From a bacterium (lineage in GTDB: Bacteria; Bacteroidota; Bacteroidia; Bacteroidales; FEN-979), in assembly GCA_043806735.1 (NCBI GenBank), contig JAZDGR010000023.1, forward strand, positions 6,977 to 70,976: a stretch of 64,000 nt of DNA, read 5' to 3'. The notes under the pieces were generated by a model, which searched no databases, had not been told where the DNA came from, and saw nothing but the letters and a program-made list of their open reading frames with translations. The position numbers and the translations under genes were made by a program. Below are positions 17,513 through 26,444 of the stretch, one piece after another. Every line of letters begins with the position of its first letter. Positions within the stretch are counted from its first letter, which is position 1.

Positions 17513-20104
17513 ATGAATTTCAACAACTTCACAATCAAGTCACAGGAAGCGGTTCAGAAAGCCAAGGAGATAGCCCAGGCTTTTCAGAATCAAGCTATTG
17601 AGACATCTCATTTGCTGAAAGGAATCCTGACAACGGATGAGCATGTCACTCCTTACCTGTTGAAAAAACTACATGTCAATATTCCCATTTTTACCAAAGC
17701 GCTCGACAAACTGATCGAATCTTACCCGAAAGTCTCTGGTGGAGAGGCTTACCTGAGCAGGGAGGCCAATCAGGCCTTGCAGAAAGCGTTGGCTTATTGT
17801 CAGGAGATGAAGGATGATTTCGTTTCGATTGAGCACCTCCTTCTGGGAATCCTGTCGGTAAACGATGCTACCTCCCGGATGTTAAAAGATAGCGGTATTA
17901 CGGAAAAAGACCTGATGGCTGCCATCAAGCAACTCCGTCAGGGCAGTAATGTAAAAAACCAGTCGGCCGAAGAGAATTACAACGCCCTGACGCGATATGC
18001 CAGGAATCTAAATGAAATGGCGCGGGATGGGAAACTCGATCCGGTGATCGGGAGAGATGAAGAGATCCGTCGTGTTTTACAGATCCTGAACCGGAGGACC
18101 AAGAATAATCCGATTCTTATAGGGGAGCCGGGTGTGGGGAAGACGGCTATTGCCGAAGGGTTGGCTCACCGGATCATCGACGGAGATGTTCCGGAGAACC
18201 TGAAAAGCAAGCAAATCTATTCCCTGGATATGGGAGCTCTGATGGCGGGAGCCAAATACAGGGGGGAGTTTGAAGAACGTCTGAAAAGCGTTGTGAAGGA
18301 GGTGATCAGCGCCAACGGGGAGATCATCCTCTTCATTGATGAGATTCATACCCTGGTTGGAGCCGGGGCGACCGAAGGAGCGATGGATGCAGCCAATATC
18401 CTGAAGCCGGCCCTTGCGCGGGGCGAGCTGCGGGCCGCTGGCGCAACCACCCTCAAGGAATATCAGAAGTATTTTGAAAAAGACAAGGCGCTTGAACGCC
18501 GTTTTCAGCCTGTCCTGGTCAACGAACCCGATACCCTGGATGCGATCAGCATCCTCCGGGGGCTCAAGGAACGGTATGAAACGCACCATCATGTCAGGAT
18601 CAAGGATGAAGCGATCATTGCTGCCGTAGAACTTTCCCAGCGGTATATTTCAGACAGGTTTCTCCCCGACAAGGCCATTGACCTGATCGATGAAGCTGCT
18701 TCGAAACTCCGGCTGGAAATCAATTCCCTGCCTGAAGATCTGGAGAAGATAGAGCGAAAGATCCGTCAGCTTGAGATTGAACGCGAAGCGATCAAGCGTG
18801 AAAATGACAAAGACAAACTGAAGGAGCTTAATGAAGAGATCGCCAACCTGAGCGACGAGCGGAATGAGATGAAGGCAAAGTGGCAGTCAGAGAAGGAACT
18901 GGTGGAGCAGATCCAGAACCAGAAAAAAGAAATTGAGTTTTTGAAACTGGAAGCTGAGCAAGCCGACCGGAACAGCGACCTGGGAAAGGTGGCAGAGATC
19001 CGTTACGGAAAGATTCCTGCCGCAGAGAAAGCGATCGAATCGACCAAACAGAAATTATCGGAGATCCAGAAGGACTCTCCGATGGTGAACGAGGAGGTAG
19101 GCGCTGAAGAGATTGCCGAGATCGTATCACGATGGACCGGCATTCCGGTTACCCGGATGCTTCAGAGTGAACGGGAGAAGCTTATGGATCTTGAAACCGA
19201 ACTCCACATGAGGGTTGTCGGACAGGATGAGGCCATCAGCGCCATTTCAGACGCCATCCGAAGAAGCCGGGCCGGTTTACAGGATGCCCGCCGCCCGATT
19301 GGGTCGTTTATTTTCCTGGGGACCACCGGGGTTGGCAAAACGGAGCTGGCCAAAGCGCTCGCTGAGTTTTTGTTTAACAACGAGAACAACATGGTGCGGA
19401 TCGATATGTCGGAATATCAGGAACGTCACACGGTCAGCCGGTTGATTGGCGCCCCTCCGGGATATGTAGGGTACGACGAAAGCGGTCAGCTGACCGAAGC
19501 CGTCAGAAGGAAACCCTACTCGGTGGTACTTCTGGATGAGATCGAAAAAGCCCATCCCGATGTCTTCAACATTCTGCTCCAGGTCCTTGACGACGGCCGT
19601 TTGACGGATAATAAAGGGAGGACGGTCGATTTCAAGAACACGATCATCATCATGACCTCCAACATCGGATCGCACATCATCCAGGAGAACCTCGAGAAAG
19701 TAAATAACACCAACCGGGAAGAGATCCTGAACAATACGCGCCGCCAGGTGTTTGACCTGCTGAAGAAAACCATCCGGCCGGAATTCCTGAACCGTATTGA
19801 TGAGATCATCATGTTCCAGCCCCTGACCCGGGAGGAGATCCAACAGGTTGTCAGACTGCAACTGAGCCTGGTGGCCAAAATGCTGGAAAAGAACGATATC
19901 AGGCTGACCGCAAAAGAAAAAGCGATCGATTTCATCGCCAACATCGGGTTTGATCCCCAGTACGGTGCACGGCCAATCAAACGGGTATTGCAGAAACAGG
20001 TTCTCAACGAACTCTCCAGGATGCTTTTGCAGGGGAAGGTCGATCGCGACTCGGAGATCATGGTAGACGTCAAAGATGGCAACCTCATCTTTAAAAACAA
20101 ATAA
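17513..20104 (+). CDS. clpB: ATP-dependent disaggregase ClpB
   Basis: Two AAA+ modules ([10 protein letters not shown]; [13 protein letters not shown]), a long coiled-coil middle domain, 863 aa. Confidence 0.95.
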   Translation: MNFNNFTIKSQEAVQKAKEIAQAFQNQAIETSHLLKGILTTDEHVTPYLLKKLHVNIPIFTKALDKLIESYPKVSGGEAYLSREANQALQKALAYCQEMKDDFVSIEHLLLGILSVNDATSRMLKDSGITEKDLMAAIKQLRQGSNVKNQSAEENYNALTRYARNLNEMARDGKLDPVIGRDEEIRRVLQILNRRTKNNPILIGEPGVGKTAIAEGLAHRIIDGDVPENLKSKQIYSLDMGALMAGAKYRGEFEERLKSVVKEVISANGEIILFIDEIHTLVGAGATEGAMDAANILKPALARGELRAAGATTLKEYQKYFEKDKALERRFQPVLVNEPDTLDAISILRGLKERYETHHHVRIKDEAIIAAVELSQRYISDRFLPDKAIDLIDEAASKLRLEINSLPEDLEKIERKIRQLEIEREAIKRENDKDKLKELNEEIANLSDERNEMKAKWQSEKELVEQIQNQKKEIEFLKLEAEQADRNSDLGKVAEIRYGKIPAAEKAIESTKQKLSEIQKDSPMVNEEVGAEEIAEIVSRWTGIPVTRMLQSEREKLMDLETELHMRVVGQDEAISAISDAIRRSRAGLQDARRPIGSFIFLGTTGVGKTELAKALAEFLFNNENNMVRIDMSEYQERHTVSRLIGAPPGYVGYDESGQLTEAVRRKPYSVVLLDEIEKAHPDVFNILLQVLDDGRLTDNKGRTVDFKNTIIIMTSNIGSHIIQENLEKVNNTNREEILNNTRRQVFDLLKKTIRPEFLNRIDEIIMFQPLTREEIQQVVRLQLSLVAKMLEKNDIRLTAKEKAIDFIANIGFDPQYGARPIKRVLQKQVLNELSRMLLQGKVDRDSEIMVDVKDGNLIFKNK

Positions 20105-20105
20105 A

Positions 20106-20146
20106 GGACTGCCAACTGCCAACTGCCAATTGTGGACTACGGATTG
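20106..20146. repeat. Heptamer array (ggactg ccaactg ccaactg ccaattg tggacta cggattg) filling the whole clpB/MORN convergent spacer
   Basis: Same CCAACTG/TGGACTG units as 275-316. Bounded by the clpB stop (20102-20104) and the MORN gene stop (20147-20149). Confidence 0.9.
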
Positions 20147-20851
20147 TTATTTCAATGGAAATTCTTCTGATTTCAAAAGTATCCCCATATCGTAGTGCTC
20201 TTTGAGTTTTAAGTTCCCGTTTTCGTCATAAAACGACCAGGTCCCGTCCTGGTGCCCGTTTTTGTACTGGCCCGTACCAAGCAGGTTGCCCGAAACGAAA
20301 AAGGTTTGGATTAACCCTTCCTTTTCATCATTCAGATAGGTGCCCTTGATTTTCAGAGCGCCATCGTCATAGAATTGTTCCCAGGGGCCTTCTTTCTTCC
20401 CATCCTTCCAGGTAATCGTTTCAGCCAGCCCTTTTCCCGGATAATAGACCTTTTCGATACCCACTTTCATCCCATCTTCGTAAAATTCTTCCGACACCAG
20501 TGTCTCGTCAAATTCGCTGAAAAACTGCCATAAGCTGTCACGTTTTTCATTGACGTATTTCCCTTTTGCCATCATTTTGCCGTTCGGGAACCAGGATGTT
20601 GTTCGGGCAACCCGGCCCTCTTCTGAAATCAATGAGACAGCTCTGACTTTTCCGCTCCGGTATAAATAGGTGAACTTCCCGTACGGAATATTATCCTTGA
20701 ATTGCCCTTCGTAAATCCGATAACCACCTTTATCGTATTTGCGCCAGAAGCCTTGTTTCCGGCCCGCCAGATCGGTTTGATTGACCGTGTCCTGTGAGAA
20801 CGAGGAAGAGATCAGAAACCCAATGCCGATAAACAGGAATATCCGGAGCAT
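20147..20851 (-). CDS. MORN-variant repeat protein (YwqK-like) with signal peptide
   Basis: Repeated G.W..Y..G units: GFWRKYDKGGYRIYEGQFKDNIPYGKFTYLY, GPWEQFYDDGALKIKGTYLNDEKEG, GTWSFYDENGNL. Confidence 0.7.
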   Translation of the reverse strand: MLRIFLFIGIGFLISSSFSQDTVNQTDLAGRKQGFWRKYDKGGYRIYEGQFKDNIPYGKFTYLYRSGKVRAVSLISEEGRVARTTSWFPNGKMMAKGKYVNEKRDSLWQFFSEFDETLVSEEFYEDGMKVGIEKVYYPGKGLAETITWKDGKKEGPWEQFYDDGALKIKGTYLNDEKEGLIQTFFVSGNLLGTGQYKNGHQDGTWSFYDENGNLKLKEHYDMGILLKSEEFPLK

Positions 20852-20865
20852 TTCCGATGATTATA

Positions 20866-20873
20866 TATCTTTG
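20866..20873 (+). promoter_or_regulatory. -7 promoter box TATCTTTG upstream of recR
   Basis: Matches TAnnTTTG, 27 nt upstream of the TTG start at 20900. Confidence 0.4.
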
Positions 20874-20899
20874 CAAAGTAAAGTAATTCGCGTCAGATT

Positions 20900-21514
20900 T
20901 TGTACAATTTCCCTTCAAAACTCCTTGAAAACGCCGTAAATGAGCTCTCCAAACTTCCGGGCATCGGCAAGAAGACAGCTCTCAGGATGGCATTGCATTT
21001 GCTCAGATGTTCGCCTGAAGAGGTAGAAACATTCGGTTCTTCGGTGATCAAACTGAGGAAGGAGGTTATCTACTGTCAGCGGTGCGGCAATATCTCTGAC
21101 AAGGCACTTTGCGATATCTGTGCGAGTCCGCGCAGGGACCATTCAATTATTTGTGTCGTAGAGGACATCCGGGATGTCATGGCTATCGAAAATACCGGTC
21201 AGTATACCGGCGGTTATCATGTACTCGGCGGGATCATCTCACCTATTGAGGGGATAGGACCAGAGGATTTAAACATCCATTCACTAATCTCCCGGATTTC
21301 TGCCGGGGAGATCCGGGAAATCATTCTTGCTTTGCCACCCACCATCGAGGGCGATACCACGAATTTTTACCTGTTTAGAAAGATCCAGCCAATGCATCTG
21401 AAAGTGACTATGATCGCCAGGGGAATCTCTGTTGGGGATGAACTAGAACATACGGACGAGGTCACTCTTGGCCGATCGATCCTGAACCGCACACCGTATG
21501 ATGGGATGAGGTGA
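20900..21514 (+). CDS. recR: Recombination protein RecR (TTG start)
   Basis: [20 protein letters not shown] HhH, zinc finger [16 protein letters not shown], Toprim [12 protein letters not shown]. Confidence 0.9.
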   Translation: MYNFPSKLLENAVNELSKLPGIGKKTALRMALHLLRCSPEEVETFGSSVIKLRKEVIYCQRCGNISDKALCDICASPRRDHSIICVVEDIRDVMAIENTGQYTGGYHVLGGIISPIEGIGPEDLNIHSLISRISAGEIREIILALPPTIEGDTTNFYLFRKIQPMHLKVTMIARGISVGDELEHTDEVTLGRSILNRTPYDGMR

Positions 21515-21559
21515 TGTGGTGCAATGGTGGAGTAGTGAGGTGGTGCAGTGGTGAAAATG
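21504..21559. repeat. Octamer array (TGNNNTGG / GGTGA family, ~7 units) filling the recR/21560 convergent spacer
   Basis: ggatgagg tgatgtgg tgcaatgg tggagtag tgaggtgg tgcagtgg tgaaaatg. The recR stop TGA (21512-21514) is inside a unit. Confidence 0.8.
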
Positions 21560-21799
21560 TCACGAGATTGATTCGTCGAATAATTGCAGTTGATTTACTT
21601 TTCCGTTGCCTTTGCTCATTTCCAGGTCGGCATAGTTTTCGAGCAGGGGGTGGATGGCTTTTTTAATAATTTTATTGGGGGTTGACCGTCTTGACCTGGC
21701 AAACCGTTCGAGAGAACGTTTTTGCCTGGTTGTTAGCTTAAGGGTGATAGTTTTGTACCGGATCGGTTTGCGTTTCTTTTTTACTTTTCGTCGTGGCAT
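21560..21799 (-). CDS. Small, very basic protein, possible ribbon-helix-helix fold
   Basis: MPRRKVKKKRKPIRYKTITLKLTTRQKRSLERFARSRRSTPNKIIKKAI (strand-helix-helix pattern). Starts 6 nt after the glmM stop, so it is probably co-transcribed. Confidence 0.4.
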   Translation of the reverse strand: MPRRKVKKKRKPIRYKTITLKLTTRQKRSLERFARSRRSTPNKIIKKAIHPLLENYADLEMSKGNGKVNQLQLFDESIS

Positions 21800-21804
21800 C
21801 CTCG

Positions 21805-23199
21805 TTATTGTCCGTTGATGATCTCCTTAAAATCATTGAGGATCTTCCGGGCCAGATGATCGGCTTTCTCCGCCATATCGCTTTCTGCATAGATCCGGAT
21901 GATAGGTTCGGTATTGGATTTCCGCAAATGCACCCATTCTTTATCAAAGTGGATCTTCACCCCGTCGACACGGATTATTTGGTGTCCTTTGTACCGTTCC
22001 ACGATTTGCTTAAGAACATCATCGAGCTGAATCTCTGGTCCAAATTCAATTTTATTTTTTGAAATGTAGTAACTCGGGTAACCGGCTCTGAGGTCTGAAC
22101 ACCGTTTACCTGACCTGGCTAGATAAGATAAAAACAGGGCTATTCCGACCAGGGCATCCCGGCCATAATGGAGGTTGGGGTAGATCACGCCTCCGTTGCC
22201 TTCTCCCCCGATCACCGCTTTTTTCGCTTTCATCATTTCCACGACATTTACTTCCCCCACCGCCGATGCGAAATACTTCCCTCCTGCCCGTTCTGTGATA
22301 TCCCGGAGTGCCTGGGAGGAAGAAAGGTTAGAAACCGTGTTTCCCTTCCTGTGTTGCAAAACATAATCGGCTACCATCACCAGCGTATATTCCTCTCCCA
22401 AGGTTTCTCCCAGTTCATTAATAATGGCAAGCCTGTCTACATCGGGATCAACCACAAATCCTACATCTGCACTGTGCTTCCCCACTTCGCTGCAAATAGT
22501 ATAGAGGTGCTCGGGCAGTGGTTCCGGGTCGTGGGGAAAATCACCGGTCGGATCGCAGTAAATCCGGTGTATGGAATTTACTCCCAGGCTCTGGAGCAGA
22601 AGTGGTACTGCAATCCCTCCGGTTGAGTTGACTGCATCGATAACGACGCTGAAGTTGGCATTTTTAATTGCTTCCGTGTCCACCAGCGGGAGTTCCAGAA
22701 TTTTCTCGATATGCTTCAGAATATACTGGTCGCTGGAGGAGTATATTCCCAGGTGATTCACCTCAACGTATTTACCTGCTCCTTCCTGAGCAAATTTGAG
22801 GAGCTCTTCTCCGTCTTTCGAGGATAAAAACTCCCCGGCATGATTGAGAAGTTTCAGGGCATTCCACTGTTTTGGATTGTGGCTGGCGGTGATAATGATG
22901 CCTCCGTCGGATTTACTCTCAGTCACAGCGATCTCGACTGTTGGAGTGGTGGAAAGCCCGATGTCGAGCACATCGATTCCCATCCCGATCAGGGTGCCCG
23001 TTACCAGGTTACTGACCATCAACCCGGATGGTCTTGCGTCCCTTCCGACGACGACTTTCAGTTTTTTCCCTGGTAACCGATCTTTCAGAAAACAACTATA
23101 GGCCGAAATATATTTGACAATATCAGGAGGGGTTAGGCTATCATCAGGGTTTCCACCAATCGTTCCACGGATTCCTGAAATAGATTTAATAAGTGTCAT
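21805..23199 (-). CDS. glmM: Phosphoglucosamine mutase (Bacteroidota type)
   Basis: SISGIRGTIGG, active-site TASHNPKQWNALK, GFVVDPDVDR, GGEGNGG. Confidence 0.88.
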   Translation of the reverse strand: MTLIKSISGIRGTIGGNPDDSLTPPDIVKYISAYSCFLKDRLPGKKLKVVVGRDARPSGLMVSNLVTGTLIGMGIDVLDIGLSTTPTVEIAVTESKSDGGIIITASHNPKQWNALKLLNHAGEFLSSKDGEELLKFAQEGAGKYVEVNHLGIYSSSDQYILKHIEKILELPLVDTEAIKNANFSVVIDAVNSTGGIAVPLLLQSLGVNSIHRIYCDPTGDFPHDPEPLPEHLYTICSEVGKHSADVGFVVDPDVDRLAIINELGETLGEEYTLVMVADYVLQHRKGNTVSNLSSSQALRDITERAGGKYFASAVGEVNVVEMMKAKKAVIGGEGNGGVIYPNLHYGRDALVGIALFLSYLARSGKRCSDLRAGYPSYYISKNKIEFGPEIQLDDVLKQIVERYKGHQIIRVDGVKIHFDKEWVHLRKSNTEPIIRIYAESDMAEKADHLARKILNDFKEIINGQ

Positions 23200-23313
23200 A
23201 ACGAGAAAAAGTCACACAAATGTAATGTGATTTATATCCCAGAATTCCGCTCTGTTGATAACTATTAAAACTTTGATTTTGACCCGGGTTTTCCAGCGGT
23301 TGCTGATTTTTTT

Positions 23314-23321
23314 TACTTTTG
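23314..23321 (+). promoter_or_regulatory. -7 promoter box TACTTTTG upstream of the TPR gene
   Basis: Matches TAnnTTTG, 17 nt upstream of the ATG at 23338. Confidence 0.35.
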
Positions 23322-23337
23322 CAAAGGCATTGACAAT

Positions 23338-24744
23338 ATGGAAGACCCGTTCGAACCTTTTTCGGATCCTGAACTGCTTGATCTGGTGCGTCGTTTTGAA
23401 GAGACGGTCAACAGCAAGAGTTCTCTTTTTTTCGATCTGGATGAATTTGAAGATATTCTGGAATATGCCTTGTTTCATCATCAGACCGAACTTTTTGATA
23501 CTGCCCTGGAAGCCGGCCTGAAGCAGCATCCGGGAAACCTTTCTCTTCTGTTAAAACAAACCCAGTATCTCATCAATATCAACCGGGAAGAGGCTGCCCT
23601 GAAGCTTCTGGAAGATACCGAAGGGTACCTGTCCACCGACTTTGATCATCACCTCATTCGCGGATCGTTGTTCAGCCAGCTAAACAAATACGAAAAAGCA
23701 ATTGAAGAGTATAAAAAAGGGATTCATGATTCGGCCGACATGGACGAAATCTATACAAATATTGCCTTTGAATATGAGAACCTGGGGAAATTCGACAAGT
23801 CAATGGATTACCTGATCAAGGCGTTGAACCGGAACCCCGATAATGAGGCTGCCCTTTTCGAGCTTTCCTTCTGTTGCGAAATCAACCAGCAAACCGAAAA
23901 GATCATCAGTTATTTGTTGACATTCCTTGATCATCATCCCTACAACAAATCTGCCTGGTTCAACCTGGGGATCGCTTACAGTAACCAGGAGCTTTACGAG
24001 AAGGCAATCGAAGCTTACGATTTCACAGTTGCCATCGATGAAACTTTCGCCTCGGCATACTTCAACAAGGCCAACTGCTATGCCAACCTGAACCAGTTCG
24101 GGAAAGCCATTGAAACCTATATGGAGACGTTCTTCTATGAAGACCCTGAACCACTCACCCATTATTATATTGCCGAGTGCTATGAAAAGCAACGCCAGTT
24201 CGACTTTGCCATTGAGCAATACAAAAAGGCGATTCATATGGATCCCGAATTCGCCGATGCCTGGCTTGGGGTAGGGATCTGTTTCGACGAACTTGGGAAG
24301 CCCGATACTGCTTACGCGTATTTGAAAAAAGCAGTTACCCTTTCGCCCACGATTCCTGAATATTGGTTCATTCTAGGGGACATCCAGATCAAACTGAACC
24401 GGTACACTGAAGGTATCAATTCTTATCGCAAAGTGATCGAACTCGATCCCGCTGATCCCGATATCTGGCTTGATCTCGCAATCGTTCATGCTAACCTGAA
24501 AGATTACGCAATGGCTTTGCAGACCCTGGAGGAGGGATTGAAACATCATGAGGATCATGCCGACTTTTATTACAGCATGGCCTATTTCCTGGTGTTAAGT
24601 GGAAAAAACAAACAGGCTCATAGCTGTCTGTTCAAGGCAATGAACATGGATGCGGAAGGGTATAAGCGGCTGTTTACTACTTTTCCGGAAGCCGGAAAAC
24701 ATCCTGCCGTTGTGGATATGATCGCATCCTACCGGAAAGGCTGA
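23338..24744 (+). CDS. Tetratricopeptide-repeat protein
   Basis: At least 8 TPR units, for example AWFNLGIAYSNQELYEKAIEAYDFTVAID and AYFNKANCYANLNQFGKAIETY. Confidence 0.8.
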   Translation: MEDPFEPFSDPELLDLVRRFEETVNSKSSLFFDLDEFEDILEYALFHHQTELFDTALEAGLKQHPGNLSLLLKQTQYLININREEAALKLLEDTEGYLSTDFDHHLIRGSLFSQLNKYEKAIEEYKKGIHDSADMDEIYTNIAFEYENLGKFDKSMDYLIKALNRNPDNEAALFELSFCCEINQQTEKIISYLLTFLDHHPYNKSAWFNLGIAYSNQELYEKAIEAYDFTVAIDETFASAYFNKANCYANLNQFGKAIETYMETFFYEDPEPLTHYYIAECYEKQRQFDFAIEQYKKAIHMDPEFADAWLGVGICFDELGKPDTAYAYLKKAVTLSPTIPEYWFILGDIQIKLNRYTEGINSYRKVIELDPADPDIWLDLAIVHANLKDYAMALQTLEEGLKHHEDHADFYYSMAYFLVLSGKNKQAHSCLFKAMNMDAEGYKRLFTTFPEAGKHPAVVDMIASYRKG

Positions 24745-24762
24745 TATGATAACCTGCCTTTC

Positions 24763-25509
24763 ATGAAACAGTTCGGTCTAATCGGATATCCTCTTTCACA
24801 TTCCTGGTCTGAAAAGTTTTTCACCGACAAGTTTCGCACGGCCGGACTTTCCGATCACTCGTATCACCTCTTCCCGCTCCCTCACCTGGAAGAGTTTCCC
24901 CGCTTTATTCATACTCACCCCAACCTCACCGGCTTCAATGTAACGATCCCTTACAAAGAGCGCATCATTCCTTTTCTTGACCACCTGGACAGGAGGGCGG
25001 AAGAGATTGGGGCGGTCAACACGGTCATACTAAAGCCCGGCAATGGGAAAAGGATTCTCACGGGATACAACACTGATGCTGATGGATTTCGGGATTCGGC
25101 AGATTTTTCGGGCCATTCCCAGGCACTGATACTGGGAACCGGCGGAGCCGCAAAAGCGGTCTGTTTTGCGCTCAAAGGCCTTGGAATTACTCCGATTCTG
25201 GTTTCGCGAAATCCGGCCGGACCGGGCATTATTGGTTATAAAAATCTTAACCTGAAGTTGTTAAGAGAAGTATACCTGATCATCAACACCACACCGTGCG
25301 GGATGTCCCCTGAAACCGGCTCTTTTCCCACACTTCCGTACCACCTTCTCACCCCCCGGCATTTCCTGTATGATCTGATTTATAATCCGGAGGAGACACT
25401 CTTTCTTAAAAAAGGGGCCGAATACGGCGCTAAAACACAATCGGGATATACCATGCTTCTGCTTCAGGCGGAATTTGCTTACGCATTATTTACTAAGTCA
25501 GGAAGTTAG
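24763..25509 (+). CDS. aroE: Shikimate dehydrogenase
   Basis: FGLIGYPLSHSWSEKFF, NVTIPYKE, GAVNTV, GYNTDADGF, ILGTGGAAKAV. Confidence 0.85.
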   Translation: MKQFGLIGYPLSHSWSEKFFTDKFRTAGLSDHSYHLFPLPHLEEFPRFIHTHPNLTGFNVTIPYKERIIPFLDHLDRRAEEIGAVNTVILKPGNGKRILTGYNTDADGFRDSADFSGHSQALILGTGGAAKAVCFALKGLGITPILVSRNPAGPGIIGYKNLNLKLLREVYLIINTTPCGMSPETGSFPTLPYHLLTPRHFLYDLIYNPEETLFLKKGAEYGAKTQSGYTMLLLQAEFAYALFTKSGS

Positions 25510-25568
25510 TGAGTCAGAAGGTCAGGAAGTCAGAAGGTCAGATGGTCAGGAAATTAGGAAATTTGGAA
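25497..25568. repeat. Octamer array GTCAGGAA (9 units) overlapping the aroE stop
   Basis: gtcaggaa gttagtga gtcagaag gtcaggaa gtcagaag gtcagatg gtcaggaa attaggaa atttggaa. The aroE TAG (25507-25509) is inside unit 2. Confidence 0.9.
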
Positions 25569-25585
25569 ATTCGATACATATTCAT

Positions 25586-25627
25586 CTTCCCTCTTCCCTC
25601 TTCCCTCTTCCCTCTTCCTTCTTCCCT
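25586..25627. repeat. Heptamer array CTTCCCT (6 units)
   Basis: cttccct x4, cttcctt, cttccct. It is the reverse complement of the AGGGAAG-type units at 42771-42812. Confidence 0.95.
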
Positions 25628-25692
25628 GTTCTCAGTCCGGATGACCTCAATTTTCAGGTTAGCCACCATGGCAGCAATGGCTCCGGTTTCAT

Positions 25693-25977
25693 TCATTTCA
25701 GTATATATTTAAGAAGTTTCCACTTATTTTTATAGGGCGGATACCGGACCGGAATATCGAAGAAGGTGGCTTTTTTCAGGACGGATCGAAACTGGGAGAA
25801 GGTGTCGAAGCTGAATTTCCCGTGATAACGTCCCAATCCGCTGGCACCTACGCCTCCAAAAGGCAGGTTTCCATTGGCGAAATGCATCAGCACATCGTTG
25901 ATACAGGCTCCTCCGGAGGATGTTTTTTTCAGGAATTCCCAAGGAAATAAGCTCTTCTTTGATGGATCGGTGAACAA
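25693..25977 (-). pseudogene. 5'-truncated remnant of an aldehyde dehydrogenase (class-3-like), last ~90 codons only
   Basis: KKTSSGGACINDVLMHFANGNLPFGGVGASGLGRYHGKFSFDTFSQFRSVLKK...RYPPY matches the ALDH C-terminus. The ORF opens with a non-ATG codon a few codons after an in-frame stop, and the ~370 N-terminal codons are absent. Confidence 0.6.
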
Positions 25978-26027
25978 ACAGGTAACTGGAAGTTTAAATT
26001 TTATTTGTGCGTATCAAAGAAAAATAT

Positions 26028-26035
26028 TAATTTTG
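26028..26035 (+). promoter_or_regulatory. -7 promoter box TAATTTTG upstream of rpsO
   Basis: Matches TAnnTTTG, 61 nt upstream of the ATG at 26096. Confidence 0.4.
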
Positions 26036-26095
26036 CAGCCTCGTACAGAGGGCTTTTTAGGAATTAACTAGAGAAATTGATAATCACGAATAACC

Positions 26096-26365
26096 ATGAA
26101 TTTTGCTCCAGAAGTAAAGACGAAGGCGTTTAAAGATTATGGAAAGTCAGAGTTTGACTCAGGATCGACCGAAGGACAGGTTGCTTTATTTACGATGAAG
26201 ATCCAGCACCTGACAGACCACCTAAAGAAAAACAAGAAAGACCTCGTAACGGAACGCTCATTGGTACGGATGGTTGGCAAAAGGAGACGCCTGCTTGATT
26301 ATCTCAAGCGGAAAGACATTGAGCGTTACCGTACGATCATCAAGAAGTTAAAAATCAGAAAATAA
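26096..26365 (+). CDS. rpsO: 30S ribosomal protein S15
   Basis: GSTEGQVALFTMKIQHLTDHLKKNKKD..S.R.LVRMVGKRRRLLDYLKRKDIERYR, 89 aa. Confidence 0.95.
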   Translation: MNFAPEVKTKAFKDYGKSEFDSGSTEGQVALFTMKIQHLTDHLKKNKKDLVTERSLVRMVGKRRRLLDYLKRKDIERYRTIIKKLKIRK

Positions 26366-26389
26366 ATAATATGTTTCTGGAAGACTGAA

Positions 26390-26416
26390 AGAGGCAATTC
26401 CCGGATTGCCTCTTTT
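26390..26416 (+). terminator. Rho-independent terminator/attenuator between rpsO and pnp
   Basis: Perfect 9-bp stem AGAGGCAAT / ATTGCCTCT, loop TCCCGG, followed by TTT. Confidence 0.7.
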
Positions 26417-26444
26417 AGCATCTGCCGGAACAGAGTAGAAAAAA

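Noticed and set aside
19277-20122. 281-aa and 199-aa minus-strand ORFs inside clpB
   Set aside because: They are antisense shadows of a highly conserved ClpB coding frame. The same reasoning applies to 3274..3954 (in dinB), 6675..7454 (in the UDP-xylose synthase gene), 34007..34603, 35555..36067, 54484..55098 and 62944..63420.
20147-20851. MORN/YwqK-like protein as part of a toxin-antitoxin or polymorphic-toxin system
   Set aside because: It has a signal peptide and no neighbouring toxin gene; it is flanked by clpB and recR. The antitoxin label for this family is generic.
26037-26058. Hairpin AGCCTC-GTACA-GAGGGCT followed by TTTTT upstream of rpsO, as an S15 leader or attenuator
   Set aside because: It starts only 2 nt after the predicted -7 box, so most of the stem would lie upstream of the transcription start. 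The stem is short and has a bulge, so I cannot support a regulatory RNA call.
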